From assembly GCA_003161575.1 (NCBI GenBank), contig PMOE01000093.1:45606-109605 (forward strand): a stretch of DNA of 64,000 bases, written 5' to 3'. Origin of the DNA: Acidimicrobiaceae bacterium (GTDB taxonomy: Bacteria; Actinomycetota; Acidimicrobiia; Acidimicrobiales; RAAP-2). Shown piece by piece: positions 1 through 8,784 of the stretch. The notes under the pieces are model-generated. The model worked only from the letters and a program-made list of their open reading frames with translations. It made no database searches and was not told where the DNA came from. A program made the translations under genes and the position numbers. Each line of letters begins with the position of its first letter. Position 1 is the stretch's first letter.

Positions 1-1
1 G

Positions 2-286
2 AAGGAGGTCGAAGACCTGCTCTTCACCCATCCGAAGGTCGCTGAGGCCGCCGTCGTCGGCGTTTCCGACGAACGTACAGGAGAGCGCGTATGCGCAGTA
101 GTGACTACGGCCGACGGAGTTGAGCCGCTCGGGTTCGAAGAGATGGTTAGCTTCCTGCGGGAGTCCGGGCTGCGGCCCCAGGCAATTCCGGAGCGCCTTG
201 AGCTCATCGGGGCCCTTCCAAGGAACCCGGCCGGCAAGGTCACCAAGGAGTTGCTCCGGGTCCGCCTCAGCGCGTCGGAAGCATGA
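2..286 (+). CDS. AMP-dependent acyl-CoA synthetase/ligase, C-terminal fragment (5' end outside window)
   Basis: The frame is open from the window edge to TGA at 284-286. The translation KEVEDLLFTHPKVAEAAVVGVSDERTGERVCAVV...LPRNPAGKVTKELL is the C-terminal subdomain of adenylate-forming enzymes and includes the conserved GK lysine. Confidence 0.85.
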   Translation, partial: KEVEDLLFTHPKVAEAAVVGVSDERTGERVCAVVTTADGVEPLGFEEMVSFLRESGLRPQAIPERLELIGALPRNPAGKVTKELLRVRLSASEA

Positions 287-361
287 TCTTCCCTTGATTG
301 GGTGCATGGACAACGATTCGGCCGATTGAGGTCGTCGGGAACTAGAGGAAAGAGGAGAACC

Positions 362-661
362 ATGAAGGCCGGTCTCAGGCTCGGTTGTGCCGAATGCACG
401 ACCGAAGTCATCGTCGTGCGGGCGCCCGAAGGCGACGTGACGCTCACATGTGGCGACGTGCCGTTCGTCGAAGTCGACGCCGTCAGGAAGGGGACAGGCC
501 ATGGCGACGCCAACGGTGAGGGCACGCTGCTTGGAAAGCGTTACGCGGATGACGAGGTGGGACTCGAGCTTCTGTGCACCAAGGCCGGAACTGGTGCGTT
601 GGCCTGTGAGGGACGTCCGATGAGCATCAAGAGAGCCAAACCACTCCCTTCCTCGGACTGA
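362..661 (+). CDS. small Cys-containing protein (N-terminal CxxC), function unknown
   Basis: ATG 362 is preceded by GAAAGAGGAG. The 99-aa product reads MKAGLRLGCAECTTEVIVV...LLGKRY...LLCTKAG...AKPLPSSD. The stop lies 10 nt before the next ligase gene. The longer track ORF from 302 adds an Arg-rich N-terminus that does not look coding. Confidence 0.55.
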   Translation: MKAGLRLGCAECTTEVIVVRAPEGDVTLTCGDVPFVEVDAVRKGTGHGDANGEGTLLGKRYADDEVGLELLCTKAGTGALACEGRPMSIKRAKPLPSSD

Positions 662-671
662 GGGATAGCAC

Positions 672-2180
672 GTGGATCTCAATCTCATATTGGACATGGC
701 GGTCTCGGGCCATGGGGACCGCGTTGCCGTAACGGGTCCCGGCCGCGCCGTTACCTACCAAGAGCTGTCGCGGGGAGCGGCCGCCGGGGCGGCCCTGGCC
801 CGTACCAAGGGGGCTGACGCCATCACGTTCGTAGCCGCCAACCACGTCGCCTATCCCGCAGCGCTGTTCGCGGCCGCCGCCGCTGGATTACCGTTTATCC
901 CCCTCAACTATCGGTTGGCCGACACCCAGCTTGAGCCTTTGATGGCGGCGTATCCTCGGGCCCTCGTCGTGACTGAGCGTTTGTCCCTCCCCGGTGCCGA
1001 CCCCGCTCTATCCCTCACTCGCCAAGAGTTCCTCGACGAGCTGTCGTCGGACACGCCGACCGTGCCGTCCCCGGCCGTGCCCGACGACGTTGCAGTGCTC
1101 TTGTACACCAGTGGCACGAGCGGCGCCGCGAAGGCGGCGATCTTGCGGCACCGGCATCTGGCGGCGTATGTGCTGGGTACCGTTGAGTTCGGGAGCGCCA
1201 CTGAGGAGGAAGGGGCGCTGGTGACTGTGCCTCCGTACCACATCGCCGGCCTCGCCAACCTCCTCTCGAATCTGTACGCCGGGCGCCGCATCACCTACCT
1301 CGACCCCTTCGATCCTGCGACCTGGCTGGCCACCGTGCGGGACGAGGGGACCACCCAGGCGATGGTGGTGCCGACCATGTTGGCGCGCATTGTTACATAC
1401 CTGGACGGCCGCGATGCCTGCGTTCCGACCCTGCGCACCCTCTCCTACGGTGGCTCCCGGATGCCGTTACCCGTGTTGGAGGAGGCCCTGGCCAGGTTCG
1501 GCGACACGGGGTTCGTGAATGCCTATGGGCTCACCGAGACAAGTTCGACGATCGCATTGCTCGGACCTGATGACCACCGGGCTGCTTTGCGCGCGGACGA
1601 TTCGACGGCCCGGGCCCGACTGACCTCGGTCGGGCGGCTGGTCCCAGGCGTCGAGGTGGAGGTGCGCGACGCGCATGGCAGTGTGTTGCCCCTAGGGGAG
1701 CCTGGGTTGGTCCTGCTTCGAGGTGAACAGATATCTGGGGAGTACGAGGGGGAAAGTGCCCTCGACGCCGAGGGATGGTTTCCCACCAAGGATTGGGGCT
1801 GGGTCGACCGCGACGGCTACTTGTTCATCGAGGGGCGCGCTGACGACACGATCATCCGGGGTGGCGAGAATATCTCGCCGGCCGAGATCGAGGACGTTCT
1901 TGTCCGGCACCCCGCCGTTACCGACGCCGCCGTGGTGGGAGTGCCCGATGACGAGTGGGGCCAGCGGATCGCCGCGGTCCTCTGCGTGGAGGGGCCACCG
2001 CCGGCCACCGAGGAGCTGCAGGCCTGGATCCGCGGTCGTCTACGGTCTTCGAAGACCCCCGACATCATTCAGTTCACCGATGAGCTCCCACGTACACATA
2101 CCGGCAAACTGCTGCGTCGGGAGGTGCTCGCGTGGTTGCAGGCGACAGCGGGGGATGGCCAAGACGTCGTCAGTCGATAG
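672..2180 (+). CDS. AMP-dependent acyl-CoA synthetase/ligase (FadD-like)
   Basis: This is a 502-aa ORF with a GTG start. It has the AMP-binding signature LLYTSGTSGAAKAA, the TYLDP/YGLTET core, GYLFIEGRADDTIIRGGENI and the C-terminal PRTHTGKLLR. Confidence 0.9.
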   Translation: MDLNLILDMAVSGHGDRVAVTGPGRAVTYQELSRGAAAGAALARTKGADAITFVAANHVAYPAALFAAAAAGLPFIPLNYRLADTQLEPLMAAYPRALVVTERLSLPGADPALSLTRQEFLDELSSDTPTVPSPAVPDDVAVLLYTSGTSGAAKAAILRHRHLAAYVLGTVEFGSATEEEGALVTVPPYHIAGLANLLSNLYAGRRITYLDPFDPATWLATVRDEGTTQAMVVPTMLARIVTYLDGRDACVPTLRTLSYGGSRMPLPVLEEALARFGDTGFVNAYGLTETSSTIALLGPDDHRAALRADDSTARARLTSVGRLVPGVEVEVRDAHGSVLPLGEPGLVLLRGEQISGEYEGESALDAEGWFPTKDWGWVDRDGYLFIEGRADDTIIRGGENISPAEIEDVLVRHPAVTDAAVVGVPDDEWGQRIAAVLCVEGPPPATEELQAWIRGRLRSSKTPDIIQFTDELPRTHTGKLLRREVLAWLQATAGDGQDVVSR

Positions 2181-2412
2181 GCCACGCCGTGCCCGCCGGC
2201 TGCCGAGGTCATCCAACCAAGCCGATGAGCGTCCACTGACGCGCGTGCCGTCGATCTGGTACCACTCTCGGGAACGTCGCGAGGAAAGCTTCATCGTGGT
2301 GCCGAACGAGTTGCGCCCCGTCTTCTTCGTCACCTACGACGAGGCACCCTGTAGGACCTCTCAGGGGTGGAGTCCTGGGCTCAGCCGAGGCGAAAAGTGT
2401 CCCTGAACTGGG

Positions 2413-2483
2413 AGCGGGTGACGGGGATCGAACCCGCATAACCAGCTTGGAAGGCTGGGGCTCTGCCATTGAGCTACACCCGC
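2413..2483 (-). tRNA. tRNA-Gly (anticodon TCC)
   Basis: The reverse complement GCGGGTGTAGCTCAATGGCAGAGCCCCAGCCTTCCAAGCTGGTTATGCGGGTTCGATCCCCGTCACCCGCT folds as a cloverleaf. It has a 7-bp acceptor stem, anticodon stem CCAGC/GCTGG with loop CTTCCAA, and a GTTCGATCC T-loop. CCA is not encoded exactly. Confidence 0.92.
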
Positions 2484-2620
2484 GGAATGCCGAACCGGAT
2501 CTTGAGCCACCACCCGGCGCCGGGTGCATTGTACGCGCCCAGAAGCCCCCCGACCCGTTCGCTTTGCACTACTCGAGACACCTGGAATCATGGGTCTCCG
2601 TCAGCGTCTACCGTTCAACT

Positions 2621-2989
2621 GTGGACTCCCTGTACGAGAGGGTTGGCGGGGAGGCGTTCTTCACCGCCTTGGTGGAGCGGTTCTATGCTGGCGTGGTCGG
2701 CGACCCAGTCATCCGACCTCTCTATCCCGACGACCTGGGCGAACCCAAGGCGCACCTGGCGCTGTTCCTCTCCCAGTACTGGGGTGGTCCTCACACTTAC
2801 AGTGAGGAGCGAGGGCATCCTCGTCTTCGCATGCGCCACGCACCCTTCGTGATCGGAACGCTTGAGCGCGATGCCTGGTTGCGCCATATGAATAAGGCGG
2901 TGAAGGCCGCGGACCTCCCGGCCGACGACGAAGTGGAGCTACTCTCCTACTTCGACATGGCAGCCCAGACCCTGATGAACACGGGCTGA
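2621..2989 (+). CDS. glbO: group II truncated hemoglobin (trHbO)
   Basis: From GTG 2621 the product reads (M)DSLYERVGGEAFFTALVERFYAGVVGDPVIRPLYP...FLSQYWGGPHTYSEERGHPRLRMRHAPF, the typical trHbO signature. The track ORF start at 2447 overlaps the tRNA and is unlikely to be real. Confidence 0.8.
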   Translation: MDSLYERVGGEAFFTALVERFYAGVVGDPVIRPLYPDDLGEPKAHLALFLSQYWGGPHTYSEERGHPRLRMRHAPFVIGTLERDAWLRHMNKAVKAADLPADDEVELLSYFDMAAQTLMNTG

Positions 2990-3000
2990 GCGGGCAAACC

Positions 3001-3804
3001 TCAGTCGTTGAACACCGCAGGCCGTTTGTCCCGGCGGGCCCGAATTGCCTCTTCGAAGTTCTGCGTGGTGATCCGGACGAACAACTGGGCCGTCCCTTCG
3101 GCGTCCATGTGGGTTTCAAGGCTTGATGCGTCGAGGCTGTTCCACAGCTGGCGCTTAGTCAGCTCGATGCCCGCTCGGCTCCAGCCGAGAATGCGGTCGG
3201 CCACCTCGTAACACGCGTCGAGTAGTGAGTCGCCACTGACCACGTTGGAGACCAGTCCGATCCGCTCAGCCTCAGCTGCGTCAACATCGCGGCCGGTGAG
3301 CATGATCTCGGCTGCCCGTGATGAGCCGATGGCCCGGGGAAGCAGGTAACTGAGTCCGAGCTCGGCCGCGGTCAGACCGTTGTTGATGCCGGCGGCCCGG
3401 AAGTAGGCGCTGTCCCCGGCTACGCGGATATCCGCTGCCAACGACAGGCAGAATCCCCCGCCGATGGCCGGCCCGTTGACCGCGGCAATGACCGGTTGGT
3501 GCAGCCGCCGGAGTGTCCGGATGACCTCGTCGAGGAGTTCCATCGATCGCAGCGCAATGGTTGGGAGGGTCAAGCCGTCAATGTGGGGGATGGTCCCGGG
3601 GTCCTCGAGGTCGGCACCCGAGCAGAACCCGCGCCCCGCACCGGTGAGCACGATCACCCGGGTGTCGTTGTCCCGACCCACCTCGGTGAGCGCCTCTCGG
3701 AAGGGGATCATCACGTCGAAAGCCATGGCGTTCATCCGCTCGGGCCGGTTCAAAGTGACAAGGGTCACACCGGGTCGGGGACTGTCGATCAACACGAAAG
3801 ACAC
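3001..3804 (-). CDS. enoyl-CoA hydratase/isomerase (crotonase family)
   Basis: GTG 3804 is preceded by AAAGGTGGAGA. The product reads VSFVLIDSPRPGVTLVTLNRPERMNAM...LTGAGRGFCSGADL (oxyanion-hole motif). The 497-aa track ORF adds an implausible Arg/Pro-rich 230-aa N-terminus. Confidence 0.85.
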   Translation of the reverse strand: MSFVLIDSPRPGVTLVTLNRPERMNAMAFDVMIPFREALTEVGRDNDTRVIVLTGAGRGFCSGADLEDPGTIPHIDGLTLPTIALRSMELLDEVIRTLRRLHQPVIAAVNGPAIGGGFCLSLAADIRVAGDSAYFRAAGINNGLTAAELGLSYLLPRAIGSSRAAEIMLTGRDVDAAEAERIGLVSNVVSGDSLLDACYEVADRILGWSRAGIELTKRQLWNSLDASSLETHMDAEGTAQLFVRITTQNFEEAIRARRDKRPAVFND

Positions 3805-4034
3805 GGGTGGTCTCCACCTTTCGCTGCGGGCAAGGGCGTCATCGTATGCGTCTGTGGGCTCACGGAACGGGGAGGCAGGATCCTGCCCACCGGGGGCCCG
3901 GCCAGGGTGGCCGCAACTGGACGACGGGACGCTCCTGGGATCGACAACTTCGGGAACTGTGCGGGCGGCTAAGGCCGGACGACTTCGAGTGGCCCGGAGC
4001 CAGGCCGAAAGGCCCGGATTACTCGTTGTCTTGT

Positions 4035-4601
4035 TCAGGTGGGACCCGAGAGCGGCGGGGCAATCGCGGCCCTCGTGGAGGGGGCAACCGGGTCCTTCTG
4101 GGCCAGCCAACGGAGCCGGGCGGCTCGGGCGTCCCAGGCGTAGACCACGGCGGTGCCGGCGATCAGGTCGTGGAGTGCCCGGCGCTCTTTTTGCACCAGA
4201 GCCATCAGCAGTCCGAGCCCGAGGAAGGCAACGCTGAGGGGCAGGACCAGCGTTCGGGTGATCGCCTGGCGCACCCGGATCGGGTCGCCGTTGGCTTGGA
4301 CGACCTGCAAGCCGAGGAGCGCCATTCCGATGGTCTTTCCGCTGAGGGCCCACTGGTAGGCGAAATAGACAAAGCTCCAAACCACGAGGGTGATCAGGCC
4401 GGCGATCTGATGTCGCGACAGGGCGACCGATTTGCCTCCGATGAGTTGGATGGCGAGGGACACCGCGTAGATGCCCAGGGTGTAGAGACCCCACAGGGCG
4501 CCGATATCCACCCCGAACGCCACGAGACGGCTCACGACGCCCGCGTAGTGCCCCTGACGGCCGACGGTCATTTCGGGTGGCGGGGGTTGGAGCATCGCCA
4601 T
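4035..4601 (-). CDS. RDD family membrane protein
   Basis: This 188-aa protein has three hydrophobic segments and the C-terminal RRALHDLIAGTAVV motif typical of the RDD domain. Its ATG overlaps the upstream gene's stop by 1 nt (TGATG). Confidence 0.7.
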   Translation of the reverse strand: MAMLQPPPPEMTVGRQGHYAGVVSRLVAFGVDIGALWGLYTLGIYAVSLAIQLIGGKSVALSRHQIAGLITLVVWSFVYFAYQWALSGKTIGMALLGLQVVQANGDPIRVRQAITRTLVLPLSVAFLGLGLLMALVQKERRALHDLIAGTAVVYAWDARAARLRWLAQKDPVAPSTRAAIAPPLSGPT

Positions 4602-5122
4602 CAGCGCACCTCTGTGTGGCCGGCCGCGGGTAAGGCCGCCGGCGCCGGTCGGGCTACCAACATCGGGGGACCGATCGGCAGGGTGGCCGATTTGCGGTGC
4701 AGGATCCGGTTCGTCCAGCGGGCAACGAAGTCGTCCAACCCGACGCCCTGGCTGCGGACGAGGTCAAGCACCTGGGTCAGCACACCGGTGGTGGATTTGG
4801 CGATGATTGAGCCCAGTTCGGTCTGCTCGACCAACGAGTCGATGTCAAGCTGGCTCACGATGGCGTTGAGGTTGACCCGGCGAACGAGGGCGTCCACGTC
4901 GACACTTTGGATGAGGGCGTCCACGTCGACGCGCTCGATCAGTTGTTCGATGTCGACTTTGGCCACCAGCTGATTGATGTCGACCTTGCCGATCAGCTGA
5001 TCGAGGTCGACACGCTCGACTACGGCGTTGATGTCGATGGCGTCGATGACGAGGTTCACGACGCGTTCGGCGATGGCCTGGGCCAGACGCTCGAACCGGT
5101 CACTGAGCGGGTTCGGACTCAC
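4601..5122 (-). CDS. hypothetical protein with nine tandem nonapeptide repeats (VDxxxLxxx)
   Basis: GTG 5122 overlaps the pyrE stop (GTGA). The 173-aa product has a central run IDINAVVER VDLDQLIGK VDINQLVAK VDIEQLIER VDVDALIQS VDVDALVRR VNLNAIVSQ LDIDSLVEQ TELGSIIAK. Confidence 0.65.
   Translation of the reverse strand: MSPNPLSDRFERLAQAIAERVVNLVIDAIDINAVVERVDLDQLIGKVDINQLVAKVDIEQLIERVDVDALIQSVDVDALVRRVNLNAIVSQLDIDSLVEQTELGSIIAKSTTGVLTQVLDLVRSQGVGLDDFVARWTNRILHRKSATLPIGPPMLVARPAPAALPAAGHTEVR
4796..5038. repeat. 27-bp in-frame tandem repeat tract (9 units) encoding the VDxxxLxxx nonapeptides
   Basis: GTCGAC/GTCGAT-containing units recur every 27 nt. The period was read directly from the translation of the 4601-5122 gene. 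Confidence 0.7.
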
Positions 5123-5661
5123 GGCGTTGCCCCTGCGTTCGCGCCGTCGGTTAGCTCGGCCCAGGTGAACAAGCACCGCAGTTCCACGCCAGAGGCGTGG
5201 AGGGCCTCTGACCCTCCGGCTTGGCGGTCGATGACGCACAGAGCGTGGTCGATCACCGCGCCGAGGCCTCGCAGCTCGGTGACCGAGTCGAGGATCTGGC
5301 CCCCCGACGTCACGACGTCCTCGATCACCACCAACCGTTGGCCCGCCACGTCGTGGCCCTCGGCCAACTTGGCCGTGCCGTAGTCCTTGGCCTTCTTGCG
5401 CACGAACACCGCCGGGAGCCCTGACAGGGCCGAAAGGGCGGTGACCACCGGGATGCCGCCGAGTTCGAGCCCGGCCAGTGCGTCGATCTCGGTCGGCACG
5501 AGCGGAAGGGCGTGGTGGGCCACTTCGGCCAACAGCTCGGGGTCGGACTCGAATTGATACTTGTCGAAATACTCGGTGGTGGTCGCCCCAGATCGGAGGG
5601 TGAAAGACCCGACCAGGTGGCTGGCGTCATAGATGCGCTTGACCAGCTCAGTCCGCTCCAC
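5119..5661 (-). CDS. pyrE: orotate phosphoribosyltransferase
   Basis: The 180-aa product reads FTLRSGATTTEYFDKY...GLELGGIPVV, with the PRPP-binding loop LVVIEDVVTSGGQ. Confidence 0.92.
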   Translation of the reverse strand: MERTELVKRIYDASHLVGSFTLRSGATTTEYFDKYQFESDPELLAEVAHHALPLVPTEIDALAGLELGGIPVVTALSALSGLPAVFVRKKAKDYGTAKLAEGHDVAGQRLVVIEDVVTSGGQILDSVTELRGLGAVIDHALCVIDRQAGGSEALHASGVELRCLFTWAELTDGANAGATP

Positions 5662-5839
5662 GTCGACATCTTCTCACTCCCCTGGTGACCGACTCGTGGA
5701 TCGCGTTCGGGGCCTGGACGAGGCCCCCGAGCTCGCCCCAGCCACGCCCAGCTGGTCGGATCGCCGGTGCATGAGCAGCAGTTCGGGGCAGCAGGTACGG
5801 TCGGGACGCGCCTTTGTCGATCCTGAGGAGGTCGGAGCC

Positions 5840-6628
5840 ATGGAGATGGAACGCTACGAAGACGGAGTGCCCTCCTGGGTCGACCTCGGCAGCCCCGACC
5901 TCGCGGCGGCGAAAGCCTTCTACTCGGGTCTCTTTGGCTGGGACACCCCCGACGGCCCACCCGAGGCCGGTGGCTATTGCGTCTGCTTGCTGAATGGGCG
6001 AACGGTGGCCGGGCTCGGCCCCAAGATGAACCCCGAGGGTCCGACGGTCTGGACGACCTATGTGAACGTACGTGACGCCGACGAGGTGGCGCGCAAGGTG
6101 ACGGCGAACGGGGGTCAGGTGTTCATGGCACCCTTCGACGTCCTCGAGGCTGGCCGCATGGGCATCTTCGCTGACCCGGCCGGCGCGGTGTTCGGCGTCT
6201 GGCAACCCAACGGGCACCTGGGTGCGGGAGTGGTCAACGAGCCCGGATCCCTCGTCTGGAACGAATTGGTGACGACCGATGTCGCCGGAGCCATGGCCTT
6301 TTACGGCGCGGTGTTCGGCTGGGGCGCACAGGCTCAGGGGCCCCTCGGGGCAGACGGGGTCGGGGCCTACACCGAGTGGAAGGTCTCGGATCGCTCAGTT
6401 GGGGGCCTCATGGCCAAGCCCGAGACCATGCCGGCCGAGGTCCCCCCGCATTGGATGACGTACTTCGCCGTCGCCGACACCGATAAGGCCGTGGCCAAGG
6501 TCGAAGAGCTCGGAGGCACCGTCATGATGGGTGCCACCGATATCGAGCCCGGCCGCTTCGCCGTTGTCGCCGACCCGACCGGCGGTTTCTTCGGCGTGAT
6601 CACCATGAAGGAAGGCCCCGCCACCTAG
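5840..6628 (+). CDS. VOC (glyoxalase/bleomycin-resistance/dioxygenase) family protein, two-domain
   Basis: ATG 5840 follows GAGGAGG. Two similar halves are visible: WVDLGSPDLAAAKAFYSGLFGW... and WNELVTTDVAGAMAFYGAVFGW..., each ending in a GxFAxxADPxGAxFGV-like motif. Confidence 0.8.
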   Translation: MEMERYEDGVPSWVDLGSPDLAAAKAFYSGLFGWDTPDGPPEAGGYCVCLLNGRTVAGLGPKMNPEGPTVWTTYVNVRDADEVARKVTANGGQVFMAPFDVLEAGRMGIFADPAGAVFGVWQPNGHLGAGVVNEPGSLVWNELVTTDVAGAMAFYGAVFGWGAQAQGPLGADGVGAYTEWKVSDRSVGGLMAKPETMPAEVPPHWMTYFAVADTDKAVAKVEELGGTVMMGATDIEPGRFAVVADPTGGFFGVITMKEGPAT

Positions 6629-6662
6629 ACCTCGGTCTGCGCGCCCCGGGTGGGCCGCCCTG

Positions 6663-7721
6663 TCACGATGGCGAACAGTACCGGCGCGACGTCAAAAATG
6701 ACTTCAGGGCCTTCACGTAGGCGGCCCCCGTCGGCCAGGGATCGTTGGCCGTGTGCGAGCCGTCGTTGAGCCCGCCGAGCTTTCCTTGTGCTTCGAGCGA
6801 GGTGACGGTGCCGTAGGCCTGATCTTGGTGTCCGATCCGGCACTCGTCGGCGACCCAGGCCGCCAGTAGCCCAAGATTGTCGCTCGGGTGCTGTTTTTCT
6901 AGTTGCAACCAGTTGGCGGCGTCAGCATCGATGACGCTCGGGTACTTTCGGGTCACCTCCACGAAGCGGCCATCTTGTACTTGGAAAACCTCAACGGGAT
7001 CGCCCGAGCCGGCGTAGTCAGTGAAGCGGTAGCTGAACGAGTCGTCGGCGGTGACGAGGGACGGCGAGCCCTCGACCTCTTCGACCTCGACGTCGGGATC
7101 ACCGATTACGTGGTCGACGGCGACCCACTGGCCACCTGCGCGGTTGTAGGCACGGATGATGGTGCAGCAGTGGGCGCCACCGGTGTAGAAGCCGGCGAGC
7201 ACCGTGGGCGACGGGTTGTCGCCGAAGCGGACGACGCACAAGGGCTGGGTGGGCGCCGAGGAATCGGGGTCAATGAGGGACTCGACCATGAGCGCCGTGG
7301 TCCCTTTCGGGAGTGCGACGGGCGAGTGGTATTCGGTTGTCCCGGATCGGGTGATCTCGAGGCTGGGGTGCTCGAGGATGTTCATCTGGTACTGGGTTCC
7401 CGCAGTTCCCGACAGGGTCGCCGACACCCCGTTGAGCACCGCTGTGGCGGTGACCGTGCTGGCCCCCTTCGGGCTGGCGGGTGTGGTCGCGCACGAGATG
7501 CCGTGGCTCGAGCTGGGCGCGCCAGACGACGCCGAGCCAGTCGTCGCGTTGGCCACTGAGGGGGTGGACCCAACGCCCGAGACCACGATTGCTACCGCCA
7601 GCACGCCCGACCCAACCGCAAGGAAGCGGCCGCCCGATCGCCTCGATCCAGACCGATGCGGGCCGCCGGGCCTCCGTGTGCTGCGCCGGCGGTGCTCGGC
7701 CAGGCTGTCGTGCTCGCTCAT
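6663..7721 (-). CDS. membrane-anchored or secreted hypothetical protein
   Basis: ATG 7721 (MSEHDSL...) leads into an Arg-rich cytoplasmic stretch, the TM segment FLAVGSGVLAVAIVVSGVG, a Ser/Thr-rich linker, and then a roughly 250-aa domain containing FYTGGAHCCTIIRAYN. I recognise no family for it. Confidence 0.55.
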   Translation of the reverse strand: MSEHDSLAEHRRRSTRRPGGPHRSGSRRSGGRFLAVGSGVLAVAIVVSGVGSTPSVANATTGSASSGAPSSSHGISCATTPASPKGASTVTATAVLNGVSATLSGTAGTQYQMNILEHPSLEITRSGTTEYHSPVALPKGTTALMVESLIDPDSSAPTQPLCVVRFGDNPSPTVLAGFYTGGAHCCTIIRAYNRAGGQWVAVDHVIGDPDVEVEEVEGSPSLVTADDSFSYRFTDYAGSGDPVEVFQVQDGRFVEVTRKYPSVIDADAANWLQLEKQHPSDNLGLLAAWVADECRIGHQDQAYGTVTSLEAQGKLGGLNDGSHTANDPWPTGAAYVKALKSFLTSRRYCSPS

Positions 7722-7758
7722 CGCCCCATCATCTTGCACCGCCCGGCCTGGAGTGGTG

Positions 7759-8784
7759 TCAACGGGCCCGAAGATCGGCGATGACTTCGGCGAACCGGGC
7801 ATCCGAAGAGGGATCGAGCGGTGGCGAAACGAGAAGACCCTGGCCGAGCTGGCCGAAACGCTCGAAGAGCAGGGACGGGAGATCCTCAAAGCCCGCCGTC
7901 GGGATGAGGGTGTCGATCACCTCATCGGTGACCACCCGGTGGAGGCTTGCCCACTCGTCGGCCCGGACCATCTCGCCGAGGACGTCGGCCATCTCCTGCC
8001 AGCCGTAGAGTTCGAGGGTCCGCCGGTACGCCGGGGTCGAGTAGAGGAACGCGAACAGACGACGCTGGCGCTCGCGCTCGGCACCGAGCACTGCTTCGTC
8101 GACTCCCGTGATGACCTGGGTCCCGATGACGAGTTCAATCTCGGCGACGTCGCGTCCCGCCCGGGCGGCCCCGGTGCGCAGGTTGGGTAGGCACACCGTC
8201 TCTAAGTAGCGCGGGTTCGAGTTGGTGGGGTGGGTGATGAACCCGGCCGCCAGCTCACCGGCCAGCTGGCAGATTCGGGCGTTGACGCCCCCGAGGTATA
8301 CCGGCGGGGGTGCGGTGAGATCATCGGGACCAGGATTGAAATACGGCTGCATCCGGGTGATCTGGTAGTGCTGACCCTCGTAGCGCAGGGGACCACCGCT
8401 GCGAAACGATCCAAAGAGTCCGTCGAGCGCGCCCATGTACTCGCGCATCTTTTCGACAGGCTCCCCCCAGGGCATTGCGTAGCGCCCTTCGATGTTCTGT
8501 CGGATCTGGGTTCCCAGTCCAAGCTGGAAGCGTCCGCCCGAGAACTTCGCCAGGTCCCAGGCGCCGTACGCGGTCAAAGTCGGGCTGCGGGGGAAGGCCA
8601 AGGTCACTGCGGTCCGCACCACGATCCGCTGCGTGTGCTCGAGCGCGAGTAGGGCGACGGCCAGCGAGTCATGGACGGTCTCGGCGACGTGCAATCCGTC
8701 GTAGCCCAAGGCTTCGACCCGCCGAGCATGGGCGATGGCGTCTCGAAGGGGGAGTCGGGGGTCCATCCCGGCGTAGACCCTCAC
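7759..8784 (-). CDS. luciferase-like monooxygenase family oxidoreductase (probably F420-dependent)
   Basis: GTG 8784 overlaps the upstream crotonase stop (GTGA). The product contains ...ALGYDGLHVAETVHDS...GRFQLGLGTQIRQNIEGRY...VYLGGVN, the LLM TIM-barrel signature. Confidence 0.8.
   Translation of the reverse strand: MRVYAGMDPRLPLRDAIAHARRVEALGYDGLHVAETVHDSLAVALLALEHTQRIVVRTAVTLAFPRSPTLTAYGAWDLAKFSGGRFQLGLGTQIRQNIEGRYAMPWGEPVEKMREYMGALDGLFGSFRSGGPLRYEGQHYQITRMQPYFNPGPDDLTAPPPVYLGGVNARICQLAGELAAGFITHPTNSNPRYLETVCLPNLRTGAARAGRDVAEIELVIGTQVITGVDEAVLGAERERQRRLFAFLYSTPAYRRTLELYGWQEMADVLGEMVRADEWASLHRVVTDEVIDTLIPTAGFEDLPSLLFERFGQLGQGLLVSPPLDPSSDARFAEVIADLRAR

Noticed and set aside
3805-4494. N-terminal 230-aa extension of the crotonase ORF (the track gives 497 aa)
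   Set aside because: The extension is Arg/Pro-rich and overlaps the RDD gene in another frame. A GTG with a good SD lies at 3804, right where the crotonase homology begins.
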